Source: Micrococcales bacterium
Lineage (GTDB): Bacteria; Actinomycetota; Actinomycetes; S36-B12; GCA-2699445
Assembly: GCA_002699445.1 (NCBI GenBank)
Contig: PAAU01000022.1
Coordinates: 16,827-80,826 of the forward strand
DNA: 64,000 nucleotides
Reading direction: 5' to 3'
Part shown: in pieces, positions 1-8,836 of the stretch
Numbering within the stretch: position 1 is the first letter of the stretch
How the letters are laid out: each line of letters opens with the position of its first letter
Made by a program: the position numbers and the translations under genes
Notes under the pieces: model-generated
The model's input: the letters and a program-made list of their open reading frames with translations, nothing else
Databases searched by the model: none
What the model was told of the DNA's origin: nothing

Positions 1-140
1 ATTACTTTGTGTCTAGGAAAAAGGCCATATTTCGTTACTTTCCGTAGCAAAGTTCAGACTAGTCGCACTAGGTCTCTCTAATTCACTGTGAATGCCTGTA
101 GTTGTTCTCGTCCAGGTTGACTCTGGCTGCCATCAATCGG

Positions 141-1205
141 CTAGCTCGGTGCCGAGTTGCTCTCGGAAAAGCATGCTGCGGCAGGCCCGTGATAGCTCAA
201 CGTCACAGATTGCCCAATCGAAAACTCGGGGGCCGCAGCCGCTCTCACCTGAATGTGTGAATTACTCGAAGCCAGCCGCACCTGATAGACGGTGTCATGA
301 CCATAAAACTCGACACCAACGACTTCTCCGTCGGAACCGGCGGTTATCGATCCGTCGGAACCGGCGGTTATCGAAAGGTGCTCTGGTCTCGCCAGAACCC
401 GGCATTTACCCGAGCACGACCGTTGCAACGGTAAGGTTCCGATCGCTGTCGACGCAGTAGCCTCGTGAGCCTCGCCATCGATCAGGTTCGCGTCACCAAC
501 AAAGGTCGCCACCCACTCAGTCTCGGGACGCAAGTAGATCTCCGCAGGCGATCCAGTCTGAATAATTCGGCCAGAACGCATTACCGCAATCTCATCACCC
601 AATACGAAAGCTTCCTCTTGATCATGAGTGACGTAGACCGCAGTCATCTTTAACTCTCGCATCAAAGCAGCGACCTCGGCCCGCACCTGGCCACGCAACT
701 CAGCATCCAAGCTGGAAAAGGGTTCATCGAATAGCAGGATTCTCGGGCGAGGTGCCACCGCCCGCGCTAGTGCGACCCGTTGAGCCTGGCCCGCAGACAA
801 CTCGTGCGGTCGACGATGCGCCAGGTCTGGAATACGCATCAACTCCAACGTCTCACCTACCACTCCTTCGTTTATCCGGCTACGGCTCAACCCAAACGCA
901 ATGTTTCGTTCCACAGTTAAATGTGGGAAAAGACCCCAGTCTTGAAACACCATGCCGATCCGTCGACGTTCCGGAGGCATTCCCACGCCATCCCGACTCA
1001 ACTGCTCGCCTTCGACCGTCACCACCCCGACGTCCTCAACTTCTAAGCCCGCGATGATGCGTAGCAGAGTGGTCTTACCGCAACCGCTCGGACCAAGAAG
1101 CACGGTCTGGGAGGCTGCCGGGACGGAAAGCGAGACCCGGGTAACAGCCTCGGTCTCGCCGAAAGATTTACTGACGTCCGCCAGCGCGAGTCCCGGATTT
1201 GTCAT
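141..1205 (-). CDS. ABC importer ATP-binding protein (Fe3+/FbpC-PotA-like)
   Basis: 354-aa ORF with Walker A GPSGCGKTT, ABC signature LSAGQAQRVALARA and Walker B ILLFDEPFSSLD. It is the last gene of an SBP-permease-ATPase operon. The C-terminal domain contains an in-frame 8-aa tandem duplication. Confidence 0.9.
   Translation of the reverse strand: MTNPGLALADVSKSFGETEAVTRVSLSVPAASQTVLLGPSGCGKTTLLRIIAGLEVEDVGVVTVEGEQLSRDGVGMPPERRRIGMVFQDWGLFPHLTVERNIAFGLSRSRINEGVVGETLELMRIPDLAHRRPHELSAGQAQRVALARAVAPRPRILLFDEPFSSLDAELRGQVRAEVAALMRELKMTAVYVTHDQEEAFVLGDEIAVMRSGRIIQTGSPAEIYLRPETEWVATFVGDANLIDGEAHEATASTAIGTLPLQRSCSGKCRVLARPEHLSITAGSDGSITAGSDGEVVGVEFYGHDTVYQVRLASSNSHIQVRAAAAPEFSIGQSVTLSYHGPAAACFSESNSAPS
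327..374. repeat. Perfect 24-bp tandem duplication (2 copies) inside the ABC ATPase gene
   Basis: tccgtcggaaccggcggttatcga occurs at 327-350 and again at 351-374 with no mismatch. On the minus strand it encodes SITAGSDG twice. Confidence 0.95.
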
Positions 1206-1257
1206 GGTTCCATCAGCCTAGCCGCTGCAAGGCTGCCCGGTTCTCGAGACCAATACC

Positions 1258-2892
1258 TCATGACCTTCGCATCGGCGCACGCAGCACCAGTGCCCATGTA
1301 AGTACCCCAGACAAAGCGATCAAGGTCAGTGAGGCAACACCGACTTCCGCGTAGAATCCGTCACTAGCCGCACCCCAAATCGCCGTAGCGAGAGTCTTGA
1401 ATCCTGTCGGCGCCAGCATCAGGGTCAGCGGCAACTCCTTCAAAGTCGAAAGCAGCACCAAACCTGCGGCCGCAAGCAAGCCTGGTGTTACTAACGGTAG
1501 ATCGACTCGCCAGAATCTCTGTCGCTGGCGGACTCCCAACGTCGCGGCCGCCTCGTCAAACCGGGCGGGGACTGCTTGCAATGCGGCCTGCCCCGAGCCC
1601 AGCGCTTGAGCACCGAAGTGGAGCACGTACCCCAGGATCAAGAGTGGAAAGGTTTGGTATAAACCACCCAGCGGACCCGGTGCGCCTACCGCCCAAGCAG
1701 CTAATGCAAGACCAACAACAAGTCCTGGCAGGGCAAAGACCGAATTGACCACGTCCGCTGCTAGTCGATTGAGTCGTTCGCTACGCCGGACTGACGCAAA
1801 GGCAACCGGCACGATTATTACAACCGCTGCGATTGCTGCACTGACCGAGGCGACCGTCGAGCCCAACAGTGGTCCGACCAGGAAACCTAAATCATCGCCC
1901 CAACCGGAATAACCGACGCCGATGGTATTAGTGCCCCTAAACATCCAACCAATGAATATCAGTACCGGAATTATTAGACCGGCGACTACCGGAAGGCTGG
2001 CTGCCACTAAGGCCACCGAGCGTAGCCGTCCGAGCCGATACCGATAGCGCACGTTGGCTCGGCTAACCGGTGGATGGGCTCCGGGTTGGGCTGCACGCAT
2101 CAGCATGGACACCACTAGCGCCAGGATGGCCAGCAACAGCCCCAAGGTGAGTGACAAAGCCGGATCTAACAACCGACCCGAGTAGATAACTCGGGTCAAA
2201 GTATCGAACCGCAACAACGCGACCGCACCAAAATCGCTGAGGGTGTAGAGAAATACGAGCAGCCCACCGGCAAGAACTGACGGAATCAGTTGCGGCAACA
2301 GGATTCGAACGCTGGTCTGGAATCCACCGCGACCCAGCATTCTGGCAGCTTCTTCGGCTGAGGTAGGCGTAGCGGAGATCATGGCCAAAACCGGCAGCAG
2401 TACATAGGGATAGGTGAATAAAGTCAAGACAACCAGCGACCCGCTGAAGCCCTGCAACCTTGGCACAAACGGGAGTAAGCTCCCCGGGCCTGTCGCGGCA
2501 ATGAGAGCCGTAGCACCGACAAATGACGGGATAACCAATGGCAAGGCCAGCGGCAGTCGCCATTTAAGCCCTCCTGGGACATCCGTTCGAGAAATTAAGA
2601 TGGCTAGCCCGGCCCCCAGCGTCATACTGGCCAGCGAGACGGCAGTCGCTAGACCCAGCGAGTTCACTAGTGGTTGGCGCCATCCATCCCCCGAGAAGAT
2701 ATCGAAGAGGGAGGCCCCCAAACCGGCAGCCTCAAGCCCCAAGAAAATAATCGGCGCCGCGAAAGCCAGCGCAATAAGAACAATCGCTAACCGCAGTGGC
2801 CACGACGACTTGCGGACTGAACCGGACGGACGGCCACGTCTACCGATCCGGCTCTGTCCACTTCCCGCGCGGTCAGTTGCTGCTAAGGCCAC
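1258..2892 (-). CDS. Iron(III) ABC transporter permease (fused double-domain, FbpB-like)
   Basis: 544-aa highly hydrophobic ORF, about twice the length of a single ABC permease domain. It lies between the SBP and ATPase genes. The start is uncertain because the ORF overlaps the SBP stop by 20 nt. Confidence 0.85.
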   Translation of the reverse strand: MALAATDRAGSGQSRIGRRGRPSGSVRKSSWPLRLAIVLIALAFAAPIIFLGLEAAGLGASLFDIFSGDGWRQPLVNSLGLATAVSLASMTLGAGLAILISRTDVPGGLKWRLPLALPLVIPSFVGATALIAATGPGSLLPFVPRLQGFSGSLVVLTLFTYPYVLLPVLAMISATPTSAEEAARMLGRGGFQTSVRILLPQLIPSVLAGGLLVFLYTLSDFGAVALLRFDTLTRVIYSGRLLDPALSLTLGLLLAILALVVSMLMRAAQPGAHPPVSRANVRYRYRLGRLRSVALVAASLPVVAGLIIPVLIFIGWMFRGTNTIGVGYSGWGDDLGFLVGPLLGSTVASVSAAIAAVVIIVPVAFASVRRSERLNRLAADVVNSVFALPGLVVGLALAAWAVGAPGPLGGLYQTFPLLILGYVLHFGAQALGSGQAALQAVPARFDEAAATLGVRQRQRFWRVDLPLVTPGLLAAAGLVLLSTLKELPLTLMLAPTGFKTLATAIWGAASDGFYAEVGVASLTLIALSGVLTWALVLRAPMRRS

Positions 2893-3883
2893 TGCCGTTA
2901 ATCATCTCCAGTGTCTTCCGGAAACCTCCGGCCAACTTGTCAAAATCGACCTCAGTAGCGGAAACCTCAGCGAGCGGAACTTGACCTTGAGCGGGTTCAA
3001 TATCTATCGCTAGCGGATACTCGAACGTCTCATTGGTGAAGAACTCTTGAGCCTGTGGACCCAGCAGGAATCGCACCAAACTCTCAGCTTGCTCGGGCCG
3101 CTCAGTATTACTGATAACGCCGGTGCCCGTCGCTAAGAGGACCGATCCAACATCACCTTTGGCGAAGAAGTGATTCTGGCTTGGTACATCAGGATCCTCG
3201 GCTAGAGCCCGCTCGTTGTAATAGTGATTGACTAAGCCCATCGGTGCCTCGCCACGACCGACCGCCTGAACAATAGACGTATTGTCAGCGTAGGCAAGCG
3301 CATCATTCGCAGCCATGCCGTCAAGCCATGCCTGCGCGGCCTCATCTCCCTTGTCAGCTCTCATTGCCGTAATGAAGTCTTGGAAAGATCCGTTGGCGGG
3401 AGCCAGTGCTACTTTTCCGTTGTAATCAGCCTCGGTCAGATCAAAAACTGATTTCGGCAGTTCCTTTTTGTCGACCAAATCTGTGTTGTAGACCAGGACT
3501 CGAATCCGTCCACTCACACCCACCCAGTCGTTTGATTCATTTCGGAAGTCCGGTTGAACCAGGTTCGCAACATCTGCTGGGACTTTTGCCAGCATCCCGT
3601 TTTCTGCCACAAACCCCATGGCACCGGGGCTTTGTGAGATAAAGACATCGGCGGGAGTGTTGTCTCCTTCGGTCTCGAGCTGTAGCGCGAGATCGGCAGA
3701 GTTGCCGTACCTCACGTCGACATCAATGCCGGTGGCTTCGGTGAATTGCGCCAAGATAGGTCCCACGAGATTCTCACTGCGTCCTGAATAGACCGTGATG
3801 CTGTTCTCGTCAGAAGCACAGCCCGTACTTAGGGCTGGTACTGCAAGTACCGCAACTGCAAGCAACAACGCCCGCACCTTCAT
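2873..3883 (-). CDS. Iron(III) ABC transporter substrate-binding lipoprotein (FbpA/AfuA-like)
   Basis: 336-aa ORF with a signal peptide and lipobox (LSTGCAS). Family-1 solute-binding architecture. It is the first gene of the operon, and an iron box lies 30-48 nt upstream. Confidence 0.85.
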   Translation of the reverse strand: MKVRALLLAVAVLAVPALSTGCASDENSITVYSGRSENLVGPILAQFTEATGIDVDVRYGNSADLALQLETEGDNTPADVFISQSPGAMGFVAENGMLAKVPADVANLVQPDFRNESNDWVGVSGRIRVLVYNTDLVDKKELPKSVFDLTEADYNGKVALAPANGSFQDFITAMRADKGDEAAQAWLDGMAANDALAYADNTSIVQAVGRGEAPMGLVNHYYNERALAEDPDVPSQNHFFAKGDVGSVLLATGTGVISNTERPEQAESLVRFLLGPQAQEFFTNETFEYPLAIDIEPAQGQVPLAEVSATEVDFDKLAGGFRKTLEMINGSGLSSN

Positions 3884-3912
3884 GAGACCTCCACGAAATC
3901 GAATGACTGAAA

Positions 3913-3931
3913 GTTAGGCTAGCCTAACCTA
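3913..3931. promoter_or_regulatory. IdeR/DtxR operator (iron box) upstream of the Fe3+ ABC operon
   Basis: ttaggctagcctaacctac matches the DtxR consensus TTAGGTTAGCCTAACCTAA at 17/19 positions. It contains the perfect 16-bp palindrome gttaggctagcctaac (3912-3927). An IdeR/DtxR homologue is encoded at 49499-50185. Confidence 0.8.
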
Positions 3932-4228
3932 CCGTTATTCTTTGTGGTCACGGTGGTGAATGTGGCGAAAGTCTCTCGCCCCAGGCCACTTCTCGGAAAT
4001 CTCATCAGCCATTTGACTTGACCCAGGTCACTAACAGTTGGCATATTTATCTCGTGCTTACAGCCGGTGTTATCCGTGACATGCCCTACGGCATGCGCTG
4101 CTGCATGTGTTGTTGTTCCTGAGCCCAGTCCGCCCAACCGGACGTGCAGAGCTCGGAGCAGCCGACACGGTTCATTCCTGTCCGGTTATCTCCCAGGTCT
4201 CGTTGCGTTCACCACACCTGGAGACCCA

Positions 4229-5923
4229 ATGTCGAACATCCCGACAGCTGATTCCACTGCCTCCACTCGGCCCGTTCGAAAGCCGAAGCCCCAAGGCCAA
4301 TGGGCGCTCGGACAAACCGAGCCGCTAAACGACAACGAACGTTTCAAGGCAGAAGACAACGGCCTTAACGTCAGAGAGCGCATCGAAACGATCTACAGCG
4401 TGCACGGATTCGGCTCTATTCCAGCCGACGATCTTCGAGGCAGAATGCGCTGGTGGGGGCTGTACACCCAACGGGAAGCCGGAATCCCCGGTGGAAAAAC
4501 CGGATCCTTACCTCCGGAGGAACTTGATGCCGAGTTCTTCATGATGCGAGTGCGAAGTGACGGCGGCGCACTCACCAGCACCCAGGCCCGAACGATCGCC
4601 GAGATCTCGCAAGAGTTTGGCCGAGATACCGCTGATATCTCCGATCGTCAGAACATCCAACTGCATTGGATTCGGATAGAGGACGTCCCCGAAATCTGGC
4701 GGCGCCTTGAATCCGTCGGTCTCGGAACTACAGAGGCATGCGGCGATACTCCCAGAGTCATCCTCGGCTCTCCTGTCGCTGGCGTGGCCGCAGATGAAAT
4801 CATCGACGGTAGTCCCGCAATCGACGAGATCCAGCGTCGTTTTATCGGAGACCCCGCCCTGGCTAATCTTCCCCGTAAATTCAAAAGCGCTATCTCCGGC
4901 TCGCCACGCCAAGATGTGGCGCACGAAATAAATGACATCTCATTCGTGGGAGTGGAACACCCAGAACAAGGCCCTGGATTTGATTTGTGGGTTGGCGGTG
5001 GACTGTCTACCGTGCCCAAACTGGGCACTCGACTCAACGCATGGGTGTCGCTCGAACAGGTCCCGGACGTCTGGCTGGCGGTCATCCAACTATTCCGGGA
5101 TCACGGCTACCGGCGTTTGCGTACGAAGGCTCGGCTGAAATTTCTCGTTGCTGACTGGGGTGCAGAAAAGTTTCGGCAGGTGTTGCAAGACGACTACCTC
5201 GGTTACGGGCTGGCCGACGGACCGCCACCTCCCGCCCCCGCCGCGGGGGCACGGGATCATGTCGGGATCCATCCACAGCGTGACGGCAATTATTATGTCG
5301 GTGCAGCACCTACCGTAGGTAGGATTTCTGGGACTAAGCTTGCGCATATTGCTCAGCTCGCCGAAGAGTTTGGTAGCGGTCGAATCCGACTCACCGCACA
5401 TCAAAAGTTCGTCATCCTAGACGTACCCGGCAATCGCACCGAGCCGTTGACCGAAGCGTTAGCGGAACTAGAACTCCTTGTGCATCCCTCCCAATTCCGA
5501 AGATCAGCAATGGCATGCACCGGTATCGAATACTGCAAGTTAGCCATTTCTGAGACCAAAGGCCGAGCAGCTGACCTTGTTTCCACATTGGAGGAACGTA
5601 AACCGGACTGGGAGCTGCCGTTAGCAATCCACGTCAATGGCTGCCCCAACTCATGCGCCCGGTTCCAAGTAGCCGATATTGGGCTAAAAGGGGTCCTAGC
5701 TACCGACGAAAACGGTGCACAGTCTGAGGGGTTTCAGGTCCATCTCGGTGGTTCGTTGGGTGAGGAATCGGACTTCGGGAGAAGTCCTCGCGGCTTGCGC
5801 CTGGCTGGCGATGATTTAGCCGACTACGTGGAGCGCGTCTTGACTCGCTTTGAAAAGCAAAAAGTCGAGAATGAGAGCTTCGCCCAGTGGACGGTCCGAG
5901 CGGATGAGGCGGACCTACGATGA
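4229..5923 (+). CDS. sirA: Ferredoxin-dependent sulfite reductase (NirA/SirA type)
   Basis: The N-terminus MSNIPTADS...GQWALGQTEPLNDNE...WWGLYTQR resembles mycobacterial SirA. Siroheme/4Fe-4S cysteine motifs CTGIEYCKLA and NGCPNSCAR are present. ATG 4229 is preceded by GGAGA. The ORF-track start at 4067 looks like an upstream extension. Confidence 0.9.
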   Translation: MSNIPTADSTASTRPVRKPKPQGQWALGQTEPLNDNERFKAEDNGLNVRERIETIYSVHGFGSIPADDLRGRMRWWGLYTQREAGIPGGKTGSLPPEELDAEFFMMRVRSDGGALTSTQARTIAEISQEFGRDTADISDRQNIQLHWIRIEDVPEIWRRLESVGLGTTEACGDTPRVILGSPVAGVAADEIIDGSPAIDEIQRRFIGDPALANLPRKFKSAISGSPRQDVAHEINDISFVGVEHPEQGPGFDLWVGGGLSTVPKLGTRLNAWVSLEQVPDVWLAVIQLFRDHGYRRLRTKARLKFLVADWGAEKFRQVLQDDYLGYGLADGPPPPAPAAGARDHVGIHPQRDGNYYVGAAPTVGRISGTKLAHIAQLAEEFGSGRIRLTAHQKFVILDVPGNRTEPLTEALAELELLVHPSQFRRSAMACTGIEYCKLAISETKGRAADLVSTLEERKPDWELPLAIHVNGCPNSCARFQVADIGLKGVLATDENGAQSEGFQVHLGGSLGEESDFGRSPRGLRLAGDDLADYVERVLTRFEKQKVENESFAQWTVRADEADLR

Positions 5924-6675
5924 GCTCCATCGAACGCACCCGAGTACTGCCGGTAGACGTGCAACTGCGTCCCGCTCGTAGAAGCGAATCTCAGTTGCGT
6001 CAGATCGTAAAGCAGGGTCAGCAAATCTTCGGTGATGAGGCTGAACCTGTCGATCTACTGATGTGGTTTGGAAAACGGCTGGGATCTAATCGGATGGCCG
6101 TCGCCGTTTCTTTCGCCGACGGAGTCATGGCCTACCTAGCCTCGAAGGCTATCCCCGGCATCGACTTGCTATTCGCCGATACTGGCTACCACTTTGCCGA
6201 GACGCTAGGACTTCGAGACGCGGTAGCAACCACTCAACCGGTGACTGTGCGCTCGCTCACGCCACAACAATCAGTCGCTGAACAAGATGCCCAGCACGGG
6301 CCGGAGCTATGGCGCACAAATCCCGATCTGTGCTGTGAGCTCCGGAAAACTGCTCCCATGAACGCCGCTCTTAAGGGCTACGAGGCTTGGGCCACTGGTT
6401 TGCGCCGGCACGATCACGATGGTCGCGCCAAGACACCACTCATCGAATGGGACGAAGGGCACGGATTAATCAAATTGAATCCCATCGCTGCCTACACCGA
6501 CCAACATATTGATCGGGCCATCGCGGAATACGGGATCATGGAAAACCCGCTGCGGGAGATTGGGTATCGGTCGGTTGGGTGCGAACCATGCACTCGCCCG
6601 GTAACTCCAGGTGAGTCGGATCGAGCCGGCCGTTGGTCTGGCCGAACCAAAGTTGAATGCGGGATGCATATATGA
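5920..6675 (+). CDS. cysH: Adenylyl-sulfate (APS)/PAPS reductase, thioredoxin-dependent
   Basis: 251-aa ORF with the Fe-S type cysteine pairs CCELRK and GCEPCT typical of APS reductases. Its start overlaps the sirA stop (ATGA). Confidence 0.9.
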   Translation: MSSIERTRVLPVDVQLRPARRSESQLRQIVKQGQQIFGDEAEPVDLLMWFGKRLGSNRMAVAVSFADGVMAYLASKAIPGIDLLFADTGYHFAETLGLRDAVATTQPVTVRSLTPQQSVAEQDAQHGPELWRTNPDLCCELRKTAPMNAALKGYEAWATGLRRHDHDGRAKTPLIEWDEGHGLIKLNPIAAYTDQHIDRAIAEYGIMENPLREIGYRSVGCEPCTRPVTPGESDRAGRWSGRTKVECGMHI

Positions 6676-7967
6676 GTTTCTTGCCCCCTACCGATCTGCC
6701 TGCGGAACCGCTCCACTCACAACCGGAATACCCGTTGTTCTTATGCATGCGCGGAAAACTAGCGCTGGTTGTGGGCGGTGGCCCGGTTGCGGAGCGCCGT
6801 GTTGCCGGTCTGCTTCAGGCGAGTGCCGAGGTCTTACTTGTTAGCCCCTGGGCTACCGAGAAGCTGCAAGATCTAGCTGCCCAGGGGGTCATCGCCTGGA
6901 AGCCCCGGGAATTCGACACCGCTGACTTAGATGGGGTGTGGTTAGTCCACGCCTGCACGGGGGACGCTCCAGTGGACGAGTCGGTCGTCCGCAGAGCTGA
7001 ATCTTTGAGGATTTGGAGCGTTCGTGCCAGCGCAGCGGGAAGTTCTCCAGCCTGGACTGCAGCCACCGAGCGTACCGAGGACGGGGTCCAGTTTGCTGTC
7101 AAAGCCGGGGGTGATCCTCTTCGCGCCGTCGCCCTACGCAACTTCATCTCTGAACTAGCCGCAGAAGGTGCACTACCTTTGAGACGGCAGCGCCCGGGCT
7201 CGGGCCAGGTGTTCTTGGTCGGTGGCGGTCCTGGGGATCCAGACCTGCTCACGGTCCGGGCCCGACGTCTCCTCTCACTCGCAGATGTCATCATTACCGA
7301 TCGACTAGCTCCCGTCCACTCGCTGGATGGGGTGGCCAATGACGTAGAAATTATTGACGTGGGTAAGGCGCCGGGAAAACACTCCCTAGCACAATCGGAA
7401 ATCAACGATCTCCTCGTCAAGTACGCCGACGCGGGGCAGATCGTTGTCCGACTCAAAGGTGGCGATCCATTTGTACTGGGCCGTGGCGGTGAAGAGGCGC
7501 TGCACTGTCTGCACTCGGGAGTTGACGTTGCGGTAGTGCCTGGTGTCACCAGCGCTACCTCAGTCCCTGCTGCTGCCGGTATCCCTGTCACTCACCGCGG
7601 TCTCTCTGATTCCTTTATGGTGCTGTCCTCACACAGTGGCGCAGACGACGTCGTGCGACGTGCCGGTTCTACGCCAGCAGATACAACCTTGATAATGCTG
7701 ATGGGTGTACGTGAACTCGCTAACACAACCGCAGGACTAATCGCTGCCGGTAGAGACCCCCAAACGCCCGCAGCGATCGTTGCGGCTGGCTGGACAAGCG
7801 AGCAAGAAACGATCAGTGCCCCTATTTCCGAAATTGCAGAGCTCGCGGAAACCTCCGGTATTGCCTCACCCGCGGTCATCGTCGTCGGTCCCGTAGCCGC
7901 GCTACGAGATAACCTCGGTGATCTGGGAGTTCCCTCACTGCTCGCTGGTCATGGAGCACTTGGCTAA
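6672..7967 (+). CDS. Siroheme synthase-like fusion: precorrin-2 dehydrogenase domain plus uroporphyrinogen-III C-methyltransferase
   Basis: N-terminal Rossmann motif LVVGGGPVAERR (SirC/CysG-N like). C-terminal methyltransferase motifs VFLVGGGPGDPDLLT and GGDPFVLGRGGEE. ATG 6672 overlaps the cysH stop (ATGA); 6657 is an alternative start. Confidence 0.85.
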   Translation: MSFLPPTDLPAEPLHSQPEYPLFLCMRGKLALVVGGGPVAERRVAGLLQASAEVLLVSPWATEKLQDLAAQGVIAWKPREFDTADLDGVWLVHACTGDAPVDESVVRRAESLRIWSVRASAAGSSPAWTAATERTEDGVQFAVKAGGDPLRAVALRNFISELAAEGALPLRRQRPGSGQVFLVGGGPGDPDLLTVRARRLLSLADVIITDRLAPVHSLDGVANDVEIIDVGKAPGKHSLAQSEINDLLVKYADAGQIVVRLKGGDPFVLGRGGEEALHCLHSGVDVAVVPGVTSATSVPAAAGIPVTHRGLSDSFMVLSSHSGADDVVRRAGSTPADTTLIMLMGVRELANTTAGLIAAGRDPQTPAAIVAAGWTSEQETISAPISEIAELAETSGIASPAVIVVGPVAALRDNLGDLGVPSLLAGHGALG

Positions 7968-8668
7968 TGTCGTTTACCCCGCACGGCCTCCGTTCCGATT
8001 ACGACTCGTTGCATGCAACGGCATCTCGACAGCGTGTCATCCTCATCGCACATGGCAGTCCCGACGAACGGCATGCCGCAATAGTCGGCCGAATCGCTGA
8101 TCGGATGAGTGCCCTCACGGGAATACCAACGGAGCCCTGCTACCTAGAGCACAACCTTCCTCGCATCACACAACGGCTCGCCGAACCAGATACGGCTAAC
8201 GCAACAGTGCTGCCGCTCTTGTTGACCGCCGGATATCACTGGCGGGAAGACATCCCTCCGGTCGTGGCGAAATATGGTCATCGGATTCGCCTTATTCCAC
8301 CACCTCCGCTTGAAACTTTTGCCGAGGAAATCGCTAGTGAAGTAAGGCATCACTGCGCTTCGCATGTAGTTGTGGCCTTTGCCGGAAGCCGGTCACCCGA
8401 TTTCCGCGACCGAGCGATGCGATTGCAGACAGAAGTTCAACGACGACTCGGGTCACAAATTTCGGTTGTGATCGCACTAAATCCGGCAGAAGCCGGACAG
8501 TTGGCGACACCCGGTTCACTGGTAATCCCACTGGTAGTGGCGCCGGGAATTCTCGGAGACCGCATTACTGAATTTAGCCAGGCAGTCGGAGCGGAAGTAA
8601 CGCCTCCGATCGGCGTCACCCCCGGCTTTGCCAAGTCACTAGTGGCCTACTTGGCAACGACCGTCTAA
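7967..8668 (+). CDS. Sirohydrochlorin ferrochelatase (CbiX/SirB family)
   Basis: 233-aa ORF with ILIAHGSPDERH and LLLTAGYHW motifs typical of CbiX-type chelatases. It has a 1-nt TAATG overlap with the upstream gene and occupies the same position as the ferrochelatase after cysH in mycobacteria. Confidence 0.75.
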   Translation: MSFTPHGLRSDYDSLHATASRQRVILIAHGSPDERHAAIVGRIADRMSALTGIPTEPCYLEHNLPRITQRLAEPDTANATVLPLLLTAGYHWREDIPPVVAKYGHRIRLIPPPPLETFAEEIASEVRHHCASHVVVAFAGSRSPDFRDRAMRLQTEVQRRLGSQISVVIALNPAEAGQLATPGSLVIPLVVAPGILGDRITEFSQAVGAEVTPPIGVTPGFAKSLVAYLATTV

Positions 8669-8836
8669 TCTGTGCAATCTTTTTCTGGTCCTCGAGTTAC
8701 CGGTCCTGCCACAACCGGTTTGAGTGTCACGAACCGCATTTCGAACGACCCACTCAAGGGCGACCTCACATATGCCGAGATACCCATATGGGTGGGGTAG
8801 TGACTACTAGTTTCATCATTCCAGAAAGGAAGCGGC

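Noticed and set aside
56-75. Imperfect hairpin agactagtcgcactaggtct in the AT-rich first 100 bp, considered as terminator of the ABC operon
   Set aside because: The stem is bulged with a 3-nt loop, and no U-tract follows on the minus strand. The window edge prevents any context analysis.
3932-4228. Possible riboswitch (for example SAM-type) or long structured leader upstream of sulfite reductase
   Set aside because: There is a plausible promoter-like element (ttgacc-N18-catatt around 4014-4046) and about 190 nt before the ATG. I could not match any riboswitch consensus by eye, and only short stems such as catgc…gcatg are present. An Infernal/Rfam scan would settle the question.
6815-7591. 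Long antisense shadow ORFs, for example 6815-7591(-), 35965-36759(-), 36877-37560(-), 4648-5085(-), 92-460(+), 39258-39758(-) and 41064-41579(+)
   Set aside because: Each lies opposite or out of frame to a confidently recognised gene. Their Arg/Ser/Pro/Ala-rich low-complexity composition is typical of off-frame translation in GC-rich DNA, and no motifs were recognised.
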